A stretch of 64,000 nt of DNA from Acidobacteriota bacterium (GTDB lineage: Bacteria; Acidobacteriota; Thermoanaerobaculia; Gp7-AA8): assembly GCA_019244185.1 (NCBI GenBank), contig JAFATB010000026.1, positions 32,001 to 96,000 on the forward strand, given 5' to 3'. Below, piece after piece: positions 56,137 to 64,000 of this stretch. The notes beneath the pieces are model-generated. The model saw only the letters and a list, made by a program, of their open reading frames with translations, searched no databases and had not been told where the DNA came from. Position 1 is the first letter of the stretch. Every line of letters begins with the position of its first letter. The position numbers and the translations under genes are program-made.

Positions 56137-59100
56137 CCTTCGTACGCGCTCAGCCCCGAGATCTCCCGTCCGCCTGCCCGTTTCTTCAGCAGAGGCACGA
56201 GATCTTCCATGAGGGCCAGTTCCTTCTCCGTGCGGGCGCGCCAGCCGAGGTCGAGAGGGGCGAGCAGGGTCGTGAGTCCTTCACCATCGAAGATCATCCG
56301 GCCGACGATGGTCTCGACGAACGACTGCAGCGACTCGGCGGTCAGCGTGTGCTTGTCGGCGATGGCGGCGATTTCCCTGGCGTCGCGCTCGGCCTTGAAC
56401 GCAGCGTAGTCGGCTCGCACGGCGCCCTCGTTCATCGGCCGCCCGGCCTCCAGCGTTCTGACGTACTGCGTGATCGCCTCCCGCTCGTCCATGAATTTCG
56501 CATCCGACTCGATCAGCCCGATGAGCGCTTCCCTGCTGATCCTGAGCTTCTGCTTCGGGTCCTGTCCGGTGAAGCGGGCGATCAGGTTCATGATGTAGTC
56601 GTAGTCGATCAGAGCGGAGGCGAAGAGGACGAACTCGAAATCGAGCTGATCGAGGTCGGGACTCGACTTCTCTCCGTCGCCGGCGCGTTTGGCCTGCTGT
56701 TCGCGCAGCCGTTGGGCGGTTTCGAGGTAGGCTCCGCGCAAGCCCCGGAGTTGCTCGCGCGGCAGGATCCGCTGGATGGTCCCCTTCTCGCTCTCGGTGA
56801 GGTCGGTGTACTGGTCGAGTTGGGTCTGGAGCTTCTGCACTTCCTTGAACTGCTTGACGAACACCATGCGGGCGTCATCGCCCCTGAGGTTCGGGACGTC
56901 TTCGGGCCTGATTTGCAGCCCTTGCGACTTCATGAAGGCGTCGAGGCGTCGGACGGCGGCCTCGAGCTTCTCAATCACCATAGGGGCCTTGTCCACGAGC
57001 CAGATTTCGCGGGCGCGGTCGGCCCTGGCGCCGGAGAAGAGGGCGATGGCTTCGTCGACCGCGGCCTGCTGGCCACGAAAGTCGAGGATGTGGCCGAACG
57101 GCTTGCTCGCGTTCAGCACGCGGTTGGTGCGGCTGAACGCTTGGACCAGGCCGTGGTGTTTAAGGTTTTTGTCGACGTAGAGCGTGTTGAGATACTTCGA
57201 GTCGAATCCCGTCAGGAGCATGTCGACGACGATCGTGAGATCGATCTTCTCGCGGCCCTTTTTGGGCAGGTCGGCGTTGGGAAACTGATGGTCCTTAATC
57301 CGCTTCTGCACGTCCTGGTAATAGAGGTCGAACTCCCCGATCGCGTGGTTGGTGCCGTACCGCGCGTTGTAGTCGGCAATGATCGCTTCCAGCGCCTCTT
57401 TCTTCTCTTCCGGATGCTGCTGGTTGTCGGCCCTCTCCTGAGGCAGATCTTCCTGGATCTGACGCACGTCAGCGCTGACGTCACCCGGTGGCGAGAAGAC
57501 CGCGGCCACCTTGAGCGGGACGAACCGGGGGTGCGCCGCCTGACGCTCCGCCTGCATCCTCTTGAACCCCTCGTAGTACTCGATCGCGTCGTCGATCGAC
57601 GCGGTGGCGAGGAGCGCGTTGAACTTCCGGTCGGCGGTCGCGGCGTCGTGCTTGTCCAAGATGGTGTCGATGACCGCCCGCATCGCGATCGTCTCGCCGG
57701 GTTTAACGGGCGTGCCATCGGGAAGCTTGTAGTACTCGACGTTGAACCGTAGGACGTTCCCGTCGTCGATAGCGTGGGTGATGGTGTACTCGTGAAGTGA
57801 GCGCTGGAAGAGATCCTCGGTGGTTCGGAGCGTTTGCTCTTCGCCGGCGACTTGGCGGACGGTGGCGTTCTCTTCGAAGATGGGCGTGCCGGTGAAGCCG
57901 AAGAGCTGGGCCTGGGGGAAGAAGGACTTGATGGCCTTGTGATTGTCGCCGAACTGCGAGCGATGGCACTCGTCGAAAATGAAGACCATCCGCTTGTCGC
58001 GCAACGGCTCGAGCATCTCGGCGTAGGTCTTTCTGCCGTCGATCTTGCGCTGGACGTTTCGGCGGCTGCCCTCATCGAGTGCCAGGCCGAGCTTCTGAAT
58101 CGTGGTGACGATGACCTTGTCGGCATAGTCGTCCGAGAGCAGCCGGCGGACCAACGCGCCAGTGTTAGTGTTCTCTTCGACGCAGCCCTCCTGAAACCGG
58201 TTGAACTCCTCACGGGTCTGGCGGTCGAGGTCCTTTCGGTCCACGACGAACAGACATTTCTCGATTCCCGGGTTGTCCTTCAGAAGCGTTGAAGCCTTGA
58301 AGCTGGTGAGGGTCTTGCCGCTGCCCGTCGTATGCCAGACATAGCCGTTGCCATCGTTCTGCTCGATACACTGGACGATGTGCTTGACTGCGTAAATCTG
58401 ATACGGGCGCATGATCAGCAGCTTCTGCTCGCTGGCGACGAGGACCATGTAACGGCTGATCATCTGGCCGAGCGTACATTTCGCCAAAAACCTCTCGGCG
58501 AAGCCGTCGAGGTGCGTGATCTTGGTGTTGTCTTCGGCCGCATGCTGGTAGACGGGGAGGAACCGCTCGTCGGCGTTGAAGCTGAAATGGCGTATGTTGT
58601 TGTTGGCGAAGTACCAGGTGCTATCGCGGTTGCTGACGACGAAGAGCTGGACGAAGCAGAGCAGCGTTCGCGTGTAGCCGCTTCCGGGGTCGTTCTTGTA
58701 GTCGACGATCTGCTCCATTGCCCGGCGGGGGTTGATGCCGAGCGTCTTAAGCTCGATCTGGACGGCGGGCACACCGTTGATGAGCAGAATCGCGTCGTAC
58801 CGGTGGTGGCTATTGTCGGTGTTGACGCGGAGTTGGTTGACGACTTCGAAGCTGTTCTTGCACCAGTCCCTGATGTTGACCAGCGTGTAGTTCAGGGGTG
58901 TACCGTCATCGCGGGTGAAGCTGTTCATCACGCGAAGCGTCTTGGCGGCGGTGAAGACGTCAGGGGTCGTGATCTCGTCGAGCAGGCGATGGAACTCGCC
59001 GTCAGTGAGCGTGACGCGGTTGAGAGCCTGAAACTTCTCGCGGAAGTTCTTCTCCAGCGCAGCACGGTCGCGGATGTCTTCGCGGTGTTCGTACTTGAGT

Positions 59101-59153
59101 TCGCGGAGCTTGTCGATCAGATGCCGTTCAAGTTCGGTTTCGGATGAAGTCAT
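56133..59153 (-). CDS. hsdR: Type I RM restriction subunit
   Basis: RYD.ILLING.P.VQIELK nuclease motif, WHTTGSGKT, DECHRSQ, FGFTGTPI, VVDMLLTGFD, QAFSRTNR. Confidence 0.97.
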   Translation of the reverse strand: MTSSETELERHLIDKLRELKYEHREDIRDRAALEKNFREKFQALNRVTLTDGEFHRLLDEITTPDVFTAAKTLRVMNSFTRDDGTPLNYTLVNIRDWCKNSFEVVNQLRVNTDNSHHRYDAILLINGVPAVQIELKTLGINPRRAMEQIVDYKNDPGSGYTRTLLCFVQLFVVSNRDSTWYFANNNIRHFSFNADERFLPVYQHAAEDNTKITHLDGFAERFLAKCTLGQMISRYMVLVASEQKLLIMRPYQIYAVKHIVQCIEQNDGNGYVWHTTGSGKTLTSFKASTLLKDNPGIEKCLFVVDRKDLDRQTREEFNRFQEGCVEENTNTGALVRRLLSDDYADKVIVTTIQKLGLALDEGSRRNVQRKIDGRKTYAEMLEPLRDKRMVFIFDECHRSQFGDNHKAIKSFFPQAQLFGFTGTPIFEENATVRQVAGEEQTLRTTEDLFQRSLHEYTITHAIDDGNVLRFNVEYYKLPDGTPVKPGETIAMRAVIDTILDKHDAATADRKFNALLATASIDDAIEYYEGFKRMQAERQAAHPRFVPLKVAAVFSPPGDVSADVRQIQEDLPQERADNQQHPEEKKEALEAIIADYNARYGTNHAIGEFDLYYQDVQKRIKDHQFPNADLPKKGREKIDLTIVVDMLLTGFDSKYLNTLYVDKNLKHHGLVQAFSRTNRVLNASKPFGHILDFRGQQAAVDEAIALFSGARADRAREIWLVDKAPMVIEKLEAAVRRLDAFMKSQGLQIRPEDVPNLRGDDARMVFVKQFKEVQKLQTQLDQYTDLTESEKGTIQRILPREQLRGLRGAYLETAQRLREQQAKRAGDGEKSSPDLDQLDFEFVLFASALIDYDYIMNLIARFTGQDPKQKLRISREALIGLIESDAKFMDEREAITQYVRTLEAGRPMNEGAVRADYAAFKAERDAREIAAIADKHTLTAESLQSFVETIVGRMIFDGEGLTTLLAPLDLGWRARTEKELALMEDLVPLLKKRAGGREISGLSAYEG

Positions 59154-59382
59154 GGAGGATCTTCCGAGCGTCTGCCTGGTTCATCCGCGCTCCGAGTTTA
59201 ACTAGGTCGCCGATGGCCGCCATAGTGTAACGAACCGCGCCTTGCGCCAGCGGTTGGTTAGGTCGACCGGTCGCGTGGAACATCCCTATTTTGCGCGTGA
59301 TGTGCCTGAGATAGAAGCCTCTGAAGACTGGCACCTTGTGCGGAATTATGTGCGGATCGATTGGACCAGATAGATTCGACGG

Positions 59383-59474
59383 CAACAAAAAAGCCGCCGA
59401 AATGGCGGCGAATGAAGCACTTAATTTGGCGGGGCCGACGGGGCTCGAACCCGCGACCTCCGGCGTGACAGGCC
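59383..59474 (-). repeat. Direct repeat copy 2: 3' half of tRNA-Asp(GTC) plus terminator (att site)
   Basis: Minus strand GGCCTGTCACGCCGGAGGTCGCGGGTTCGAGCCCCGTCGGCCCCGCCA (59474-59427), followed by GCCGCC-ATTTC-GGCGGC-TTTTTT. Confidence 0.9.
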
Positions 59475-59561
59475 CGTGGTCGCGGGTATTTAGAGAGGGA
59501 GCGTTCTACACGGGGTGGGATAACTCGCTGATTCCGAGGGGGTTAGCGATTCCAAATCCCG

Positions 59562-59603
59562 ACCTTGCGAGTCACCTTGCGAGTTTAGTGCGACTCGCAA
59601 GGT
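59562..59603. repeat. ACCTTGCGAGT direct pair plus inverted copy (arm-type site candidates)
   Basis: Direct copies at 59562-59572 and 59574-59584; inverted ACTCGCAAGGT at 59593-59603. Confidence 0.75.
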
Positions 59604-59695
59604 GCCCACGTTTTTGTGCGTGGAACACATACGTAAATCCGTGGAACATTCGGTTATTTCGCTGCGTCGCCGCGTTGCGCCGATCCTCTCTCGCG

Positions 59696-59947
59696 TCACT
59701 TTTCGAGCAGCGAGCGCAGATCGGCGTTGGTGAACGGCGAGAGCAGGTCGGTGGGTTTGCAGCCGATCGCGGCGGCCAGCTTCAGCAGCGTTACGAGGCT
59801 CGGCATTCGCTCCCCGTGCTCCAACTCGCTGATGTGATTCTGCGCCAGCCCCGAACGCTCCGACACTTGGACCTGCGTCAACTTGTGCTTGCGCCGGACT
59901 TCGCGCAGCCGCTCGCCGAACATCTCGCCGACGTTCAACCGCGGCAC
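59696..59947 (-). CDS. XRE-family HTH regulator
   Basis: FGERLREVR....LTQ..VSE.SGL..NHISELE.G.R.PSL.TL.KLA.A. Confidence 0.9.
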   Translation of the reverse strand: MPRLNVGEMFGERLREVRRKHKLTQVQVSERSGLAQNHISELEHGERMPSLVTLLKLAAAIGCKPTDLLSPFTNADLRSLLEK

Positions 59948-59965
59948 AAAACCTCGCTGTCCGAG

Positions 59966-59994
59966 TTGACTCTTAAGAGTTCCGAATATAGAAT
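59966..59994 (+). promoter_or_regulatory. Sigma70 promoter with overlapping palindromic operator
   Basis: TTGACT-N17-TAGAAT. Perfect palindrome ACTCTTAAGAGT at 59969-59980. Confidence 0.75.
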
Positions 59995-60022
59995 ATGTGG
60001 GATATTCGAGAGAGACTGAGTC

Positions 60023-60508
60023 ATGCTCGCAAGCGCCCTCGTCGAGTCCATCCGAGCCATCTTCCTACATCGGGAACCCTACGTCACGAAGAAGGAAGCG
60101 GCTGCGCTGCTCCGCTGCTCCGTCGCTCAAATCAAAGTGGCGATCGCGGCGGGCGATGTCGAGACTTACGAGACGTGCCGCGGCGAGCGCCTGCCGTTGC
60201 ATGAAGTCGCGACGCTCGCTCGCTCACGCTGGCAAATCGCCGCAATCGAAGATGCGCTAGGCGCGGATGCGTCGGCGATTCTTCCGCCGGTTCTGTGGAC
60301 GCGCCCGGTCAGCGTGCGGCTTTCGCGCTATCAGGTCCAGATGCTCGACTACTTCGCGGCGAAGGAAGGCGTGTCGGTCGACGCGATCGCCGCACGTGCG
60401 TTCGACGATTTCATCGCCTCGAACGCTGACGAACTCGCCGACGTGATCGACGACTACCGCGTCGCGATCGACTGGCCCGAAGCGCACGACGTCACGCCGA
60501 GCGCGTGA
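60023..60508 (+). CDS. Hypothetical DNA-binding protein (excisionase-like HTH N-terminus, possible RHH-like C-terminus)
   Basis: VTKKEAAALLRCS...I; VSVRLSRYQVQML...A...GVSV. Lies downstream of the promoter. Confidence 0.65.
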   Translation: MLASALVESIRAIFLHREPYVTKKEAAALLRCSVAQIKVAIAAGDVETYETCRGERLPLHEVATLARSRWQIAAIEDALGADASAILPPVLWTRPVSVRLSRYQVQMLDYFAAKEGVSVDAIAARAFDDFIASNADELADVIDDYRVAIDWPEAHDVTPSA

Positions 60509-60543
60509 ACGGATCCACGCATCCACCGCAAGGAGGGAAGACC

Positions 60544-61299
60544 ATGCTTGCTCCTGACGTAGCCGCGAACATTCGCGCAATCTTCGTGCACGACGGCACG
60601 CCCGTCACCGTTGATGACGCCGCGGTGTTGTTGGGCTGGCCGCTCAACACGATGGACGACGCAATCAAGTGGCGCGCGGTAGCGATCGACGCAGGCTCAG
60701 AACGTGAGCCGCGCATCAGCCGCCGGCAGCTTCTCGAGCATGCTTTTGATCAGTGGTCGCTCGCCGACATCAAAGCCGCGCTTTCGCCCGCGGAGTGGAA
60801 AGCATTGCGCAAGAACTGCGGAACCGGCTACGGCCGACTCGTCGTCTGCGATCGGGACACGCTGCGCGCTGCAGCGGAACGGCCCGCACACGACGCCGTG
60901 GCTTCCGCCGCGCTCCTTCGTCCCGAGGCGGCAGCCACGCTGCGCCGTCGCGCGGAACGCGAGCGCAAAGCTAAGGTCATCGTGCCGCCGCAGTTCAAGC
61001 GTCCTTGCCGTACCGATGGTGTGCGCCAGTTCACGCTGACCGCCTTTGAGCTTCGCTATCGCGATCTCGTACCCATGCTGCGCTTGCGCGGTCGCTGGCT
61101 CGCGCGGCTCGGCTTCAAGCCCGGCATGCGCGTGTACCTCGTCGCGCAACCGGGCGCGTTCCTCGTTACGACGACCGATCCAGCGAAGAGGCGCGGCGAG
61201 TCGAGCGCTTCGCCGGCAGGGGCGGTGAGCGCGGCTTCGCCGCTCGCGCTTCCCGCGCCATCGTCCGCGGTCGCACGCGTAGCCGCATCAGCCGAGTAG
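60544..61299 (+). CDS. Paralogous HTH-like domain fused to a SymE-like domain
   Basis: AGGAGG RBS. N-terminus similar to the upstream gene. C-terminal VPMLRLRGRWLARLGFKPGMRVYL resembles the SymE motif. Confidence 0.65.
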   Translation: MLAPDVAANIRAIFVHDGTPVTVDDAAVLLGWPLNTMDDAIKWRAVAIDAGSEREPRISRRQLLEHAFDQWSLADIKAALSPAEWKALRKNCGTGYGRLVVCDRDTLRAAAERPAHDAVASAALLRPEAAATLRRRAERERKAKVIVPPQFKRPCRTDGVRQFTLTAFELRYRDLVPMLRLRGRWLARLGFKPGMRVYLVAQPGAFLVTTTDPAKRRGESSASPAGAVSAASPLALPAPSSAVARVAASAE

Positions 61300-61409
61300 C
61301 CGAGGGTTACGTACATGCCGCGAACGCCCAAACCGCACGTGTCTCGCCACACCGTTATGGACAAACCGCGCGGCAGCGGGGGTGCGCCGGAAGCGGGGAG
61401 GATGGCCCG

Positions 61410-61970
61410 GTGAGATACACGCGCGTCCGTGCCACCGCAGGCTACACGGTTGACCCGCTCGTCGTCGTCAACGCCTGCGTCGCTGCGCGTGAACTCGCAC
61501 GCAACCACCCGCGCATCGGCCTTTACAACTTCATCAGCGGAATCGCCGACGCGCACCTTGGTTGGTTCGACCTCTTCCTCGACTCGGTTGTTATGCACGT
61601 CGAGCGCTCGCAACGCGTCACTAATCGCTTCCGCACCTGGCGCAACAGCAAGCGGCAGCGGCCTCGCGTTATCGGGAAGCCTGACCCTATCGGGGCACCG
61701 TCACGTCGCGTCCGTCGCTTTCGCGACCACTTCATGGACATCAACGCGCCGATCGCCACAACGCTTGCCGTTCGTGCGCTCGATCGCGAGGAGCACACCA
61801 ACACGTCCCACGATTTTGTGCAGCTACTTAGAAGGGCATACCAAGGCCAGATCTACGCGTTAATTGAGGCGTTCATCGAACTCGTGGAACGCGATCGCCG
61901 CTTCGCGCGGCGCTTCCGAAGCTGGCGCCGCGCGAAGGCGCGTCGTCAGCAACAGGGGAGGCCGCGATGA
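61410..61970 (+). CDS. Hypothetical basic protein with internal duplication
   Basis: 186-aa ORF. VER...RF..W appears twice (VERSQRVTNRFRTWR and VERDRRFARRFRSWR). Confidence 0.45.
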   Translation: MRYTRVRATAGYTVDPLVVVNACVAARELARNHPRIGLYNFISGIADAHLGWFDLFLDSVVMHVERSQRVTNRFRTWRNSKRQRPRVIGKPDPIGAPSRRVRRFRDHFMDINAPIATTLAVRALDREEHTNTSHDFVQLLRRAYQGQIYALIEAFIELVERDRRFARRFRSWRRAKARRQQQGRPR

Positions 61971-62018
61971 TCCCGGCCGAAGCTGCGCCGCCGTCGTTTT
62001 CATTTTTAAGTGCCCGCC

Positions 62019-62220
62019 GCTCGCTTTCACGTGACCGCTGCTCACTTGAAAGTGATCGCGCGTCGCTTACTTCTCGTCTGGAGGACAGTGAAAGTGGTCG
62101 CGCGTCGCTTTAATCTCAACTTGAGGACAGTTGCACGTGCCCGAGCGTCGCTTTTATATGTTCGCGCGGCACTTTCATTCGGCGGCAGCACGCGTGAAAG
62201 TGTTGGCTGGTCACTTTCGC
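62019..62220. repeat. Degenerate 21/42-bp periodic repeat
   Basis: TGAAAGTG(A/G)TCGCGCGTCGCTT...GAGGACAG at 62047 and 62089 (42-bp spacing). Further TGAAAGTG and inverted CACTTTC copies. Confidence 0.6.
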
Positions 62221-62957
62221 GAGCTCGCCGGCGTTCGCTCTACCGGCGGCCGGCCTGATCGCGCAAGTGTCCGAGGGACTCTACTCCAGGTAGAGCCGGC
62301 CGCGCGCCCCCCGCGCGTCGCGCCCGTTGCTTCGCAACGGTCACGCCGCGCTGCCCACCCCTGGTGGAACCTCCACAGGCCGTAGAATCCCCCGCGCTCC
62401 CCCCGCCCGTCACGTCCGTTGCCTCCGCAACGGCCGCGCCGGGCTTCCCTCCCCGGGGGCTTCCCGCCGCCAAAAGCCACGAGAGGCGTTACCTGCCTTT
62501 CGCATCCAGCGCGTGCACGATAGCGCATCGAGGCTTCGGGTAAGACATAAGCGCGTAAAACATCCCCTTACCCTGTAAGGGTGTCGTTCCAGCCAAAAGC
62601 CCTACCTACGACCGTCGCCCGTTTTCGTGCCACAGTTTCCTTCTTCAGCCCCAAACTTCTCAGTTTTGAGGTCTGGAAGCTTCTCAAACTTGTATGCTTA
62701 AACACCATAAAAAGACGGATAAGCGGCCTAAAATTAAGTCTTTAAGAATCAAGGCGGGGGACAAATAATTGACCCTCGTTACAATTTGGTAACGAACCAG
62801 ATTTGCGGATGTAACGTATCTTAGGCGCAGGTCCAGACCGCTACTCAGTTGCTGCAGCAACGATCGCCCGCCTCGTTTCGGCCGAAACGAGGCCGGTAAC
62901 ACGTAGTCACCGCGCCGCCCGCGCGTGGCGTGCGGCTAGGTGAGGAAGGACTGGTGT

Positions 62958-63614
62958 ATGGCCACCACAAGAGCCTCCACCGCAAACGCCGCCGTACCGG
63001 AACCCGGAGACGGCACCGCCACACCGCCGGTTACCACTCCCACACCGACGGTCACGCATTACCAGCAAGTCGCCGCAGAGTTCATGTCCGCGCTCGACGA
63101 GATCTCGCAGATCATCCCCAAGCTGGAGGCCATCCATGTCTCCACTGCGAATCTCGTTCGCTCCCGCCTCAACGTTCCGAACGAGTTCCTGGCCACCGTC
63201 ACCGCGGCCGTCGAACAGGTTCCCGAACTTCAGGCGATCCAGAAGCTCGACGTGAACGCTGCCCACGACACGCTGCAGTTCCTCGAAGCGTTCCGCCCTG
63301 TCCGTGACAAGGTCGATGCGTTCGCGAAGAACCTGAAGTACACGATGGACTCGCGCAAAGCGAAACTCGCCACCGACTCGCTGTTGACGTACGACGTGGC
63401 GAAAGGCCTTGCGCGGGATCCGAACAGCGCCACCATCGCTTCACTCGTCGCCAACATGAAACGTGATCTCGGCCGCCGCGGCCGTCCCAAGACGCCTCTA
63501 GCGTTGCGCAAGACCACCCCGGCACCTGGCATCGGCGTTCCCACGCCGCGGCTTCTCCCGCCGAACGAACCGGAAGGATGGGTGCCGCGTGACGACGCGG
63601 GGCCGCGTGGCTAG
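62958..63614 (+). CDS. Hypothetical helical protein
   Basis: AAGGA RBS, ATG at 62958. Pro/Thr-rich N-terminus, helical core, basic/Pro-rich tail. Confidence 0.7.
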   Translation: MATTRASTANAAVPEPGDGTATPPVTTPTPTVTHYQQVAAEFMSALDEISQIIPKLEAIHVSTANLVRSRLNVPNEFLATVTAAVEQVPELQAIQKLDVNAAHDTLQFLEAFRPVRDKVDAFAKNLKYTMDSRKAKLATDSLLTYDVAKGLARDPNSATIASLVANMKRDLGRRGRPKTPLALRKTTPAPGIGVPTPRLLPPNEPEGWVPRDDAGPRG

Positions 63615-63675
63615 ACGCGACCCCGCTCTGACACGAACACCCCCCGTCTGCTAGGACAAAAGGAGCACCAGTGTC

Positions 63676-64000
63676 ATGCCGAACATACCTCAGAAGTATG
63701 TCTGCGGCGCCATCCCGCCTCACATCCTGACGCGGGTTGCCGAGCACACCTCCAACGAAGCAAGCGGCACCGCCCGCGCGACGCTCGAGCACATGCGCGA
63801 GCTCGCCACGGGTCGCGCCGCATCGCTTCTCCAACGACCCACCGAAGTTGCGGCCACGGCCGTCTCCACGCGGAAACGTCGCAACGTCTACACCGCTAAC
63901 CACACTCTCCGTCTCCCCGGCAAACTCGTGCTCAGCGAGCACAAGGCCCGCGGCACGGATGTCGAAGTCAACGAGGCTTACGACGGCAGCGGTTCGACGT
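63676..64000 (+). CDS. Protealysin-like M4 metallopeptidase, N-terminal part (runs off right edge; not in ORF track)
   Basis: AAGGAG RBS. MPNIPQKYVCGAIPPHIL..VA (protealysin-type propeptide motif) ... RRNVYTAN...LPGKLV.SE.....DVEVNEAYDG.G.T. Confidence 0.8.
   Translation, partial: MPNIPQKYVCGAIPPHILTRVAEHTSNEASGTARATLEHMRELATGRAASLLQRPTEVAATAVSTRKRRNVYTANHTLRLPGKLVLSEHKARGTDVEVNEAYDGSGST

Larger units (their letters stand above)
51875..59474. mobile_element. Integrase-less defence islet bounded by tRNA-Asp att repeats
   Basis: ~90-bp direct repeats flank hsdR-hsdS-prrC-hsdM. Visibly lower GC than the flanking host genes. Confidence 0.7.

Noticed and set aside
51918-59474. Functional tRNA-Asp genes at 51918-51966 and 59427-59474
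   Set aside because: Both lack the D-arm and 5' acceptor strand; they are att-type fragments.
59336-60019. 227-aa plus-strand ORF across the att site
   Set aside because: It reads through the tRNA fragment (LAGPTGLEPATSGVTG is a typical antisense-tRNA artefact) and overlaps the XRE gene.
61990-62225. CRISPR array
   Set aside because: No constant repeat with unique spacers and no cas genes; the tract is a degenerate tandem repeat.

Overview
High-GC (~70% by eye) bacterial DNA. The gene repertoire suggests Acidobacteriota, possibly Thermoanaerobaculia-like (inference). Three blocks. (1) 1-35.6 kb, minus strand: a tightly coupled, apparently complete extracellular contractile injection system (eCIS; Afp/PVC-like). 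It encodes a Pvc16/DUF4255 cap, two sheaths, two tubes, a tube initiator, a split gpD+gpV spike, gp25, baseplate J, tail-I, a tape-measure-like protein and an AAA+ ATPase. It is headed by a sigma54 activator with a degenerate receiver domain. Unusual extras are a signal-peptide/OM beta-barrel protein, a 620-aa hydrophobic-tailed protein where PAAR would be expected, a polymorphic toxin-like effector with a PD-(D/E)xK-like C-terminus plus candidate immunity genes, and GT2 glycosyltransferases. Ser-Pro motifs recur in the particle proteins. (2) 35.7-51.4 kb: endonuclease III, a Cys-rich secreted protein, two STAND-type regulators, DUF4242, a BNR-repeat secreted protein, proline dehydrogenase, an FG-GAP/dockerin protein and two gene remnants. 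(3) 51.9-64 kb: tandem integrated DNA at tRNA-Asp. Two 3'-half tRNA-Asp plus terminator repeats bracket an hsdR-hsdS-prrC-hsdM defence cassette. This is followed by an XRE switch, a SymE-domain fusion and the start of a protealysin-like M4 peptidase. All family assignments are from motif recognition by eye; no database searches were run.
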